DNA of 64,000 nucleotides, from NCBI GenBank assembly GCA_018817585.1, contig JAHITE010000081.1:4549-68548 (forward strand), given 5' to 3'. Source of the DNA: Candidatus Omnitrophota bacterium. Its GTDB lineage: Bacteria > Omnitrophota > Gorgyraeia > B26-G9. This document shows positions 26,750 to 35,164 of the stretch, one piece after another. The position numbers were made by a program, and so were the translations under genes. Position 1 is the first letter of the stretch. Each line of letters begins with the position of its first letter. The notes below the pieces were generated by a model. That model made no database searches, was not told the origin of the DNA, and worked only from the letters and a program-made list of their open reading frames with translations.

Positions 26750-29431
26750 TTACAAAGCATTATAGTAAAGTATCCGCGTTTTTGGCAAATAAGTTATTGT
26801 TACATCCTCTACAACCGGCGCTTGTTCAAAATCAGCATCATCAGGATTATCAGGCTTGTCAGGATCAGAACCATGGAGTTTTCCAAAGTCAGAAAATAAA
26901 TAAACCTGATAGCAAATAGACTGACTGGCTGTTGTTCCAATAGGGCCGCCGCTGGGCAGAATTACTGGCGGAACATATGCCGGCAAAGGCGCGCTAAGAA
27001 CCGCGCTGTCGGAAGCTGCCAGATAAACCAGCTCACTTCCCGCATCTGCATCATCTATTGCTGGATCAGCTGTTACCGGCAAAGTTACATGCGCTTGGAT
27101 TGTGCCCCATTCTAGAAACTGGCCCGAGCCCATGCCAGCAGCCGGGCTAAACATTTGAGATGTATACACTCCCTGGCTGGGAACAATTCGAATATAATCC
27201 ACATCCGGCAAATTACCCATTCCAGTAAACTGAAAAAAGCGATCTTCCCAAACCATTATCTGATGTGTTGTAATAAAAGAAGTAGTAGTGGCTGTCTTAA
27301 AATACACCTCTCCTCTAGTATGCCAACGCCCGATTCCTTTTAAATGAAATGTTTTTTCATCCTGATAAACATTTTCCACTATAAGGAAATATTCCACGCT
27401 ATCATCAGTAAAATACGGGATGTCTCCATCGCTACCAGAATACTCATTACATGATACCATCACATTAGATCCTCTAATAACTGAATATGGTTTTCTGCTG
27501 GTTTGCCATACTGCCTTTTCCCAGTCAGGAGAACCATAATCAGGTGATGGCGTAAAATAGATATACCCATTACCATCATAATTAACCCAGTTTTGGTATA
27601 CAGGGATCGAATCAGTAAGCTGATCTCTTTCCTGTACATTATTGCAGAAAATTGATGACATCAGCTCTTTGGGTGCTGATGGGTCAGGAAAATTTCCAAA
27701 ACGAACATGAAAAGTATTTATATATTGTTGATGAATCCATGGTTTAAGACAAGGAAACGCTGGGTCAGTAGACTTCCAACATTTCGCCAAATAAGCACCA
27801 AGAATACCAGTAGTGTCCGCAGCAATATCCGGGCAATTAGTTGCATCAGGCGGCGGAGCCTCGATCCAAACCCATTCTAAAGGAATCGCCGGCCAGGGTA
27901 AATTGGGACGGTCAACAGGATATTTAGCATTATCAGAATTATTTTCATCTTTTCCGTGTACAATAATCGCAAAATCATTCACAATACAGACATCTTGATC
28001 AAGATTTATTTTAGGAAAATGATCATCCGATAAATTTGTACCCGAAATCCAGGTTCTTAGCATTCCATCATTGCCATCATTAATCGTATATGTTTCATGA
28101 ACCGCTTTCCATGGCCCCTTTTGCCCTGAACCATCCGGATCCGGGCTTAAAGGATCATAATCCTCCTGAAAATTATCCCAGAATCCGAGTTTCAATGAAT
28201 CAGGAATAAAATCTTTAGGATTTTGCCCATCATCTTTATCATCTTTATAATTAAATTTCTTAAGCACAGTAAAATCAACCGGACAAGTATCTTTCCAGGA
28301 TATTCTGCAAGTAGCCAATAAATTAGCCTTGGCAATAAATTCTTCTCTAGTAGTTTGATTGATTTTGCGAAACACACTAACAACTTGTTTAATTCTTTTT
28401 TTCGCGCCTTGATATTTGCCAATAGCCTCAATTTCATAATAACCATTGGCATCAAAACCAATTTTTGTGGAATTAGTGGCATAAGTATTCGGATCACTTT
28501 GCAGCAAAACCGCGTCCCGGTTTGCTTCGGTTATAATCCCTACTGAACAAGCGTATTCAAGATAACGTTCAAATTCACCTCGCGCGCCTAAAAAATTAAA
28601 CACTCCAGCAGTCGGATTTTGTCCGTCAAAAGGATTAGTATCTCTTCTTGCTTTAATTGCAGCAGCTAGAGCATCCGCTTGACTATTGCTAAAACTGCCC
28701 ATCATTAATCTAAACACAGCTTCCAGCACTTTCAACGGTGCTGTATTAACATTTACAAATGATTTTCGGGAATGTCCGCTAACCGGAGATGTCGAGGTTT
28801 TATCCAGCTCAATAATCCCATCATCCTCATCACCCCACAAAGTAATAAAATCCTTTATTGAATTATAAGTATCTTTACCAATACCAAAAACTAATTTTAT
28901 TTCTTCTTTAGTAGTAAAAACCTGTCCCGGCAAAGTCTGACGAAAAGCCACCAGGTTTTGGGCTTGATTTGCGGTTAAACCCAGCTGATCTAAAATATCT
29001 TCTAAATCAGTTACCGCGTCTGAATTCGGTAAGGGACAGTTAATATTAATCAATCCGCCGCAGTCAATTACCTTTAAACGATAAGAGCCTTTGGCATAAG
29101 AAATATCAGCACCATAGGAAGGGGTAACAGCTGTAGCCAGCTCAACCGTAGACCCGTCATAAGCCGCATTGCCGGGATAATACCAAGGATCAGAGCTAGA
29201 ATCATAAGGTTCATTCATCGCCCCATAAGAGGAATCATACTTAATATCAGCAACTGCCCGGGCAATTCCTGCTTGGGCAATAAATGAAGCTTTAAGCAGA
29301 TTTATCTGATTTTCCGTGGCCTGAAGTTCAAGGCGGGTAAAAGCAGAAAAACCCACGGTAATTAGCACGAGAATCGCCAAGACTCCTACACTTAAAATAA
29401 GCGCTATTGCGGAATTAGGTTTAGTTTTCAT
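26750..29431 (-). CDS. Large GspK/PilX-like minor (pseudo)pilin with helix-hairpin-helix region and long C-terminal domain
   Basis: SAIALILSVGVLAIL...A.FIAQAGIARA, D.GGLININ, F.TKEEIKLV.GIG, VNVNTAP..VL, YEIEAIG. Start ATG at 29431. Confidence 0.72.
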   Translation of the reverse strand: MKTKPNSAIALILSVGVLAILVLITVGFSAFTRLELQATENQINLLKASFIAQAGIARAVADIKYDSSYGAMNEPYDSSSDPWYYPGNAAYDGSTVELATAVTPSYGADISYAKGSYRLKVIDCGGLININCPLPNSDAVTDLEDILDQLGLTANQAQNLVAFRQTLPGQVFTTKEEIKLVFGIGKDTYNSIKDFITLWGDEDDGIIELDKTSTSPVSGHSRKSFVNVNTAPLKVLEAVFRLMMGSFSNSQADALAAAIKARRDTNPFDGQNPTAGVFNFLGARGEFERYLEYACSVGIITEANRDAVLLQSDPNTYATNSTKIGFDANGYYEIEAIGKYQGAKKRIKQVVSVFRKINQTTREEFIAKANLLATCRISWKDTCPVDFTVLKKFNYKDDKDDGQNPKDFIPDSLKLGFWDNFQEDYDPLSPDPDGSGQKGPWKAVHETYTINDGNDGMLRTWISGTNLSDDHFPKINLDQDVCIVNDFAIIVHGKDENNSDNAKYPVDRPNLPWPAIPLEWVWIEAPPPDATNCPDIAADTTGILGAYLAKCWKSTDPAFPCLKPWIHQQYINTFHVRFGNFPDPSAPKELMSSIFCNNVQERDQLTDSIPVYQNWVNYDGNGYIYFTPSPDYGSPDWEKAVWQTSRKPYSVIRGSNVMVSCNEYSGSDGDIPYFTDDSVEYFLIVENVYQDEKTFHLKGIGRWHTRGEVYFKTATTTSFITTHQIMVWEDRFFQFTGMGNLPDVDYIRIVPSQGVYTSQMFSPAAGMGSGQFLEWGTIQAHVTLPVTADPAIDDADAGSELVYLAASDSAVLSAPLPAYVPPVILPSGGPIGTTASQSICYQVYLFSDFGKLHGSDPDKPDNPDDADFEQAPVVEDVTITYLPKTRILYYNAL

Positions 29432-29438
29432 TATTATA

Positions 29439-29467
29439 ATTATATCACATCGATAGAGCCTAAACAA
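29439..29467 (-). promoter_or_regulatory. sigma70 promoter (leaderless transcript)
   Basis: TTGTTT-17 nt-TATAAT with extended TG; 7 nt to the ATG; no SD. Confidence 0.6.
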
Positions 29468-29472
29468 TAAAC

Positions 29473-29508
29473 AAAAAAAAGGGCAGGATAATTTATCCTG
29501 CCCTTTTT
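29473..29508. terminator. Intrinsic (bidirectional) terminator
   Basis: A8-GGGCAGGATA-att-TATCCTGCCC-T5. Confidence 0.9.
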
Positions 29509-29524
29509 AATCAATTACTTAATT

Positions 29525-30151
29525 TTATTCGTACTGAATATCATCTAAATAAAACACGCATCCTTCAGGATTAGCCATAGAGCTGGTTACCCAGGAAAAA
29601 CCACCGCTAATATATGCCAAATCAAGATCAGTTAAGTCAATTGAATATTGCTGCCATTCAGCAGTCAGTTCAATTGGGCCAACACTAGCCGAATCAGTAT
29701 CTGAATATGTTCCGGTTAATCCGCCGATTTTAAACTCCATTATCTGTTCGCCGCCATTTGCGCCGCGCGCCCAGAAAGTAAGTTTAGTCGCGCCAGTCAG
29801 ATTATAACCACCATCTTTTTCACCCCAGTTGTTTGGCGGCCATTGCCAGTACATTCCAGCCCAATTAGCGCCTTGCTTGCCTTCGCCAGTATAAATAATT
29901 TTTATACAGGTTTTTCCAGAATACGGATTTTCTTTTTCGTTTTCCGAAAATTTAATATCACCATAGTCTCCCATCCATCCTGATCCAACATAATGATTTC
30001 CTTTATTACCTCTGTCATAATAAATACCAAACGGAGAGAATCCGCCTGCTGCTTCTTTCTCTGCCGTTCCCTGAGCAATAACAGGCATTACCGCAGCAAA
30101 AAATACTGCTAAAACTACCAAAATCAGTCCTAACTTTTTACTCATATTCAT
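29525..30151 (-). CDS. Secreted carbohydrate-binding-module-like (galactose-binding fold) protein
   Basis: Signal peptide, Trp/Gly-rich SGWMGD, WAGMYWQ.P.NNWG, LTGATKLTFWARG..GGE, WQQYSIDL, FYLDDI.YE. Confidence 0.7.
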   Translation of the reverse strand: MNMSKKLGLILVVLAVFFAAVMPVIAQGTAEKEAAGGFSPFGIYYDRGNKGNHYVGSGWMGDYGDIKFSENEKENPYSGKTCIKIIYTGEGKQGANWAGMYWQWPPNNWGEKDGGYNLTGATKLTFWARGANGGEQIMEFKIGGLTGTYSDTDSASVGPIELTAEWQQYSIDLTDLDLAYISGGFSWVTSSMANPEGCVFYLDDIQYE

Positions 30152-30218
30152 TTACCCCCTTTCAGGCATTCAAAAATATTGCGCTTTTCCAAGTTTAAAC
30201 TACTTACAATGGTTATAA

Positions 30219-30247
30219 ATTATACCATACTGCTTTTTCAATGTCAA
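30219..30247 (-). promoter_or_regulatory. Perfect-consensus sigma70 promoter
   Basis: TTGACA-17 nt-TATAAT with extended -10 TG. Confidence 0.85.
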
Positions 30248-30270
30248 ATTAGAATTATTTCAAAATTACT

Positions 30271-31404
30271 TTATAAAACCTGGTTTTCTGGCAAATACTG
30301 TTTTAAAATTGCTTGAACAATGCGCTTAGCCGCACTGCCGTCACCATAAGGACTAGCGCTTTTAGACATTTGCAGATAGGCTGAATCGGAGCTTAACAGC
30401 AGATTTACCTGGCTTACAATATTAGCTGTATCCATGCCCACTAATTTTGCCACCCCGGCTTCTAGCCCTTCTTGACGCTCAGTAACTTCCCGCATAACTA
30501 AAATCGGCTTATTAAATGCCGGAGCCTCTTCCTGCACACCTCCGGAATCTGACAAAACTAAATAGCAATTCCTTAAAACATGAACAAAACTCTGATAATC
30601 CAATGGTTTTAGCAAGTGAACATTTTTCAGACCTTTGAGCATCTTATTTACCGGAGTCTGCACATTAGGATTTAAATGTACGGGATAAATAATTTCAACC
30701 TGGGGTAAAGCAGCAATCTGCTGAATTGCCTGACAAATCTGAGCAAAAGGCTGGCCAAAACTCTCTCTACGATGCGCTGTGACTAAAATAACTTTTTTAT
30801 GCTTAAAATCAATTCTTTTAATTTCACAATTAATTATCTTTTTTTTCCGAGCAACATACTGCAAAGCATCAATAACCGGATTGCCGGTTAAAAAAATCTT
30901 GTTCGGCTCTATTTTTTCATTAAGCAGATTTTGCCGCGCTTTTTTTGTCGGCGCAAAATGCATATCAGCAATCAAAGTCATCATCTGACGATTTATTTCT
31001 TCAGGAAAAGGCCGGTATTTGTCAAAAGTGCGTAAACCAGCTTCAACATGGCCCATCGGAATTTTAAGATAAAAAGCTGCTAAACTGGCAATAAAAGCTG
31101 TGGTTGTATCCCCTTCAACCAAGATTAAATTTGGCTTCTCCTTTTCCAGAACCTTGGATAATCTGGCTAAACAGCGGCAGGAGACATCAATTAATGTCTG
31201 ATTTTTCAGCATAATATCCAGATCATAATCCGGCTTAATTTTAAACAGCTGTAAAAACTGATCCACCATCTTCCGATGCTGACCAGTTAAAACAATCAAA
31301 GATTTAATCTGCTTTTTATGCTTAGCCAACTCATGCGCAACCGGCGCAAGTTTAATAACTTCCGGACGTGTGCCAAGGATAGTCATTACCTTAATTTTAG
31401 ACAT
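30271..31404 (-). CDS. wecB: UDP-N-acetylglucosamine 2-epimerase (non-hydrolysing)
   Basis: GTRPEVIKLAP, TGQH, GDTTT, HVEAGLRT, PFPEEINR, DSGGVQEEAP, YGDG.A. Confidence 0.96.
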   Translation of the reverse strand: MSKIKVMTILGTRPEVIKLAPVAHELAKHKKQIKSLIVLTGQHRKMVDQFLQLFKIKPDYDLDIMLKNQTLIDVSCRCLARLSKVLEKEKPNLILVEGDTTTAFIASLAAFYLKIPMGHVEAGLRTFDKYRPFPEEINRQMMTLIADMHFAPTKKARQNLLNEKIEPNKIFLTGNPVIDALQYVARKKKIINCEIKRIDFKHKKVILVTAHRRESFGQPFAQICQAIQQIAALPQVEIIYPVHLNPNVQTPVNKMLKGLKNVHLLKPLDYQSFVHVLRNCYLVLSDSGGVQEEAPAFNKPILVMREVTERQEGLEAGVAKLVGMDTANIVSQVNLLLSSDSAYLQMSKSASPYGDGSAAKRIVQAILKQYLPENQVL

Positions 31405-31447
31405 CTATATTATTTCCCATTATTTAAAAATTAAACATTAAATTAAA

Positions 31448-31768
31448 TCACTTAACAATACTGCCGCTGGCAACCGGTTTATCCGGGCACAATACCGCCA
31501 CGCTATTCTCATCAGAAGCAGCCAGCATCATCCCCTGACTTTCCACGCCTCTTAAAACAACCGGTGCCAGATTATCCACTACCACTACCTGCTTGCCAAC
31601 CAGCTGTTCTTTTTCATATTTTAATTTTAATCCAGCAACAATTTGCTTTTCCACACCGCCAACATCGATTTTTATAATATACAGCTTATTGGCATCAGGA
31701 TGATCTAAAACCTCTTTGATTGTGGCGATTTTTAGTTCCATTTTTTTAAATTCTTCAAACGTAATCAT
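31448..31768 (-). CDS. Stand-alone tRNA-binding OB-fold protein (MetRS C-terminal/Trbp111-like)
   Basis: ITFEEF, HPDANKL, QIVAG, NL.P..LRGVESQGMMLAA. Confidence 0.9.
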   Translation of the reverse strand: MITFEEFKKMELKIATIKEVLDHPDANKLYIIKIDVGGVEKQIVAGLKLKYEKEQLVGKQVVVVDNLAPVVLRGVESQGMMLAASDENSVAVLCPDKPVASGSIVK

Positions 31769-31793
31769 TATTTCCCCTTATCGTTAATTAAAA

Positions 31794-32282
31794 TTATAAT
31801 TTTTGATAATTATAGATTTTAATTCTGCCGGTCGCATTGACAATTGTTAAAGTATAATACTTGCCCTGCGAATTTTTTAAAAAAATGCTGGCATTGTCTT
31901 CGGCACTACCGGTTATATTAAAAATTTCAGCAGGCCGGCTGATCAGAACATGTGAATCAACCGGCAAAGTAGTGCTTTCAATTATTACTCCGGACGCGGT
32001 TTTCATTGAAGTAGTAATTAATTGCCTGGTTAATTGATCTGGTTTGGCAAAAATAAAATACTCAGAATTAGCTGGATCAAAAGCAACTCCATGCTCAATC
32101 TGATGAGTGATCGCCAAACTGCGAGCCTGATTAAGCGCGGCCATAATATTATTTGCTGAGATTTTTAGAGCAGCACCGGCTTTATAATTAAAAAAATACA
32201 CCGTGGTAAGCCCCATGAGCATTGTGATAATGCCTAAGACAACCATCATTTCTATCAAACTAACTGCTTTAATTTTTTTCAT
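31794..32282 (-). CDS. GspH/FimT-like pseudopilin
   Basis: MKKIKA|VSLIEMMVVLGII prepilin-like N-terminus with E5, L..ARS.AI, C-terminal TGRI. Start ATG at 32282. Confidence 0.75.
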   Translation of the reverse strand: MKKIKAVSLIEMMVVLGIITMLMGLTTVYFFNYKAGAALKISANNIMAALNQARSLAITHQIEHGVAFDPANSEYFIFAKPDQLTRQLITTSMKTASGVIIESTTLPVDSHVLISRPAEIFNITGSAEDNASIFLKNSQGKYYTLTIVNATGRIKIYNYQKL

Positions 32283-32337
32283 AATTAATAAGTATAACAC
32301 AAAATTTATTCAGATAACAAGGGATAAGAGTATAAAT

Positions 32338-32373
32338 GTGGGGTTAGTGGGGTTAGTGGGGTTAGTGGGGTTA
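32338..32373 (+). repeat. Tandem repeat (GTGGGGTTA)x4, potential G-quadruplex
   Basis: Four perfect 9-nt units, with G4 runs at 32340-43, 32349-52, 32358-61 and 32367-70. Confidence 0.9.
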
Positions 32374-32411
32374 GTGCGTTGTCGCGTTAACTCGATAACT
32401 CATAGAGAAAT

Positions 32412-32823
32412 AAAAAAAGCCGGTAAGGGTAAACTTACTTTCGGCAACCCAGCCGCCATTGCGCTTTCCACCCTCGACAGTTTTCATTGTATTACTTTTC
32501 CTCCACTTGGGTCATGAAGGCTGGTATAAATAACTGTCGTAAGAATAGACACTTTAGGCCTGTAGCATTGCCTCGAATACAGAGCAAAAACTCAAAACTC
32601 TGCTTTCGAGGGCACTGTTCTGAGTAAATCAAAACAAGTGCCGCCCTCGCTTTTCAGCTCCCGATTGCATCATCCAAAAATGACACAATCCCAATAAATA
32701 GCCATAAATCCCTAGCTCTGGGCTAAGCGATCAATCAAAAACAATGAATTGACCAGCAAAGTGGGATCTCAATCACAGCATATCAAATCAATGAACTTGA
32801 GAGAGTTTGCCCTTATCGACTCT
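32412..32823 (-). ncRNA. Candidate large structured non-coding RNA (~410 nt), family not recognised
   Basis: Promoter immediately upstream; 18-nt 5'/3' closing helix (32804-32821 with 32418-32435) followed by U7; at least 6 internal helices with G-U pairs on the minus strand; no credible ORF. Confidence 0.78.
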
Positions 32824-32830
32824 AATATAG

Positions 32831-32859
32831 ATTGTACCATACAAATTGAATTATAGCAA
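32831..32859 (-). promoter_or_regulatory. sigma70 promoter of the ncRNA candidate
   Basis: TTGCTA-17 nt-TACAAT with extended TG; predicted +1 near 32823, at the start of the closing helix. Confidence 0.75.
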
Positions 32860-32901
32860 CTCTTTATAAAAGTATTTTTTATCAATAAAAAAATTTATTG
32901 C

Positions 32902-33270
32902 TTAATAACTGTATTCATCTTCAAACACAACCTTAAAATCAAAAATATTTTTAAAATCTTCAATATTATCATCTTCAGTTTTACCTAAAACACCAGCATC
33001 AACCATATTAAATACAATATTGCCAAAGTCCTCAGTAACTTTAACCCCCCAATGCTCAAGCACTGTTCTGGCCATTCTGCCGTATTCACACAAAGCATAG
33101 TCCCTAATACCTTCAGACAGCTCCTTACCGCTAACATGGCCTTTGCGTTTTAAACGCTGCATTGTAAAATTCAAGGCGCCTAGAATAAATGGATAAGCAT
33201 CCAGCTTATATCTTTTATCATGCTCGCAAATTACTGTCAAAACACTTATCATATCTTCTTTTGATTCCAT
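32902..33270 (-). CDS. PVC-group (Planctomycetes/Verrucomicrobia-restricted, Minf_1886-like) conserved protein
   Basis: D.RY..DAY.F...AL, GHVSG.EL..G.R..A..EYG.MA.TVL..WG...TEDFGNIVFNMV. Confidence 0.82.
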   Translation of the reverse strand: MESKEDMISVLTVICEHDKRYKLDAYPFILGALNFTMQRLKRKGHVSGKELSEGIRDYALCEYGRMARTVLEHWGVKVTEDFGNIVFNMVDAGVLGKTEDDNIEDFKNIFDFKVVFEDEYSY

Positions 33271-33301
33271 TTTGCTATTACCTACCTCTAATTTTATTAT
33301 T

Positions 33302-34054
33302 TTAAAATTTAAATTTTCTCAAAGCTTCTATTGCCGAATACGCGGTTAAATCAAACTGTAAAGGAGTTATGGAAACAAAATTATCTTCAATCGCCCGAAT
33401 ATCAGTATCATCGGTTTTTTTAATCCATTGAGCTTTTCCCGTCAACCAATAATATATCCGGCCTCGAGGATCAAGTCTTTTTACAAATTCTTCTTTGTAC
33501 AAGGATTTACCTTGGCGAGTAATCTTAACTCCTTTAATTTTACTTTTTGCCGCGCTGGGGATATTCACATTAAGTAATACTCCGTCCTCAATGCCTTTTT
33601 TCTCAAATTTTTTAGCCAGAGTGCCGGCAAAATCAGCGGCAAAAGAAAAATCATGTTTCTCATATGTTGCTAAAGAAATCGCGATTGAAGGAATGCCAAG
33701 AATAGTTCCCTCGGTTGCCGCGGAAACAGTTCCTGAATACATAATATCTGAACCTAAATTAGGCCCGTGATTTATTCCGGAAATAATCATATGCGGCTTT
33801 TGCTTTAAAACACAGCGCACCGCAATCTTTACACAATCCGCGGGTGTGCCATTAACCGCATAGCCAAAGAATTTCTTATTTTTAATTATTTCCTTTATCC
33901 GCAAAGGCTTGCTCAGGGTTATGGCATGACCAATCGCGCTCTGTTCTGCTTCCGGGGCGCATACAGTTACATCATATTTTTTACTCAAACTCAGATAAAG
34001 CGCGTACAATCCATCTGAATTTATTCCATCATCATTGGTCAATAGTATCCGCAT
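33302..34054 (-). CDS. surE: 5'/3'-nucleotidase SurE
   Basis: MRILLTNDDG, GTPADCV, SGINHGPNLG, YSGTVSAA.EG, DPRGR.YYW. Confidence 0.97.
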   Translation of the reverse strand: MRILLTNDDGINSDGLYALYLSLSKKYDVTVCAPEAEQSAIGHAITLSKPLRIKEIIKNKKFFGYAVNGTPADCVKIAVRCVLKQKPHMIISGINHGPNLGSDIMYSGTVSAATEGTILGIPSIAISLATYEKHDFSFAADFAGTLAKKFEKKGIEDGVLLNVNIPSAAKSKIKGVKITRQGKSLYKEEFVKRLDPRGRIYYWLTGKAQWIKKTDDTDIRAIEDNFVSITPLQFDLTAYSAIEALRKFKF

Positions 34055-34134
34055 CCCGCAAACTCCCTGATTTAAATCTTTAATTAAACAGCTTTTGATA
34101 ATCCGCGAAAATTAATTTTAGAAAATAATAATCC

Positions 34135-35160
34135 TTATAAAGAAAATCTACCGAATATCAGCGATTTGCAATTCGAACAATGCCCATTTTTAAGGTTTAA
34201 TTCAACTTCATCATATTCTTTTCTTTTAATTATAATTTTTTTGCATTTCTGGCAATATGTATTTGCCGATAAATGCCCCGGGATATTGCCAATATACACA
34301 TAATTCAGCCCTTCTTTCATCGCCAGCAGCCGAGACTTTTCCAATAAACCCACAGGAGTAGGCACAACATCCTTAAATTCGCCATATGGAAAGAATCTGG
34401 TTAAGTGTAAAGGTGTGTCTTTGCCCAGTTCGGCAAACATCCAGGAAGCAATTTCTTTTATTTCCTTTTCACTGGAATTATATCCGGGAATAATATTAGT
34501 CACAACCTCAACATGCATCGCGTGCTTGCGTTTCGCGTCACTGGCATTACTGAATATAGTATTAATATCCGTTACAGCGGCAATCCGGGTATAACTCTCC
34601 ATAAAAGAGCCTTTAACATCAATACAAAGCCCGTCTGTATATTCCGCGATTGCATCAAAAGCTTTAGAGCCCAGATAACCATTAGTCACTAAACATGTAG
34701 ACAATCCCTCGGATTTCGCTAATTTAAATACATCCAAAACAAATTCAAGCCACATAGTTGGCTCATTATGGGAAAAGGCAATGCCTTTACAGCCGTTTCG
34801 CAATGCTTTTTTAACAACTATTTCCGGACTTAAATCATGGATTTTATTCACAACTTCTTTTACATCACAATGCGATAATCCCCATGACTGGCAGCCATGA
34901 CATTGAAAGTTGCAGCCCAAACCGCCCAACGAAAGCCATAAGCTGCCGGGAAAAAAATTATACATATGCTTTGTTTCTATCGGAGAAATACTGGATAAAG
35001 CAACTTTACCGTATGTAACAGTAATCAGCTGTCCATCTTGATTGTAACGCGTCTGACACCATCCCCACTGACCTTTATCAATAATACATTTACGCATACA
35101 TAAAAAACAGCGTACCGAGTCTTTCATATACGGTTCCCAAAATAAAGCATTTTTCAGCAT
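34135..35160 (-). CDS. amrS: AmmeMemoRadiSam-type radical SAM enzyme
   Basis: N-terminal CFLC.RKC.I..G..G.C..R.N, GCNFQCHGC, NEPT, PLHLTRFFP, YVYIGN, C-terminal CQKC/CSNC. Confidence 0.8.
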   Translation of the reverse strand: MLKNALFWEPYMKDSVRCFLCMRKCIIDKGQWGWCQTRYNQDGQLITVTYGKVALSSISPIETKHMYNFFPGSLWLSLGGLGCNFQCHGCQSWGLSHCDVKEVVNKIHDLSPEIVVKKALRNGCKGIAFSHNEPTMWLEFVLDVFKLAKSEGLSTCLVTNGYLGSKAFDAIAEYTDGLCIDVKGSFMESYTRIAAVTDINTIFSNASDAKRKHAMHVEVVTNIIPGYNSSEKEIKEIASWMFAELGKDTPLHLTRFFPYGEFKDVVPTPVGLLEKSRLLAMKEGLNYVYIGNIPGHLSANTYCQKCKKIIIKRKEYDEVELNLKNGHCSNCKSLIFGRFSL

Positions 35161-35164
35161 ATAA

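Noticed and set aside
32203-32517. 104-aa plus-strand ORF with VGL repeats
   Set aside because: It arises from the 9-nt DNA repeat, is antisense to the pseudopilin and the ncRNA, and has no SD or recognisable motif.
32412-32823. Identification of the ncRNA candidate as tmRNA, RNase P RNA, SRP RNA or a group I/II intron
   Set aside because: There is no GGGG...GGAUUCGAC start or CCACCA end, no GAGGAAAGUCC P4 element (only GAGGAAAAGUA), no CAGG..GGAA..AGCAG SRP loop, no group II domain V and no group I S element. A cmscan is still needed.
32338-32823. Telomerase-like system (RNA templating the GTGGGGTTA repeat)
   Set aside because: No copy or complement of the repeat unit is visible inside the RNA, and no reverse transcriptase is encoded in the window.
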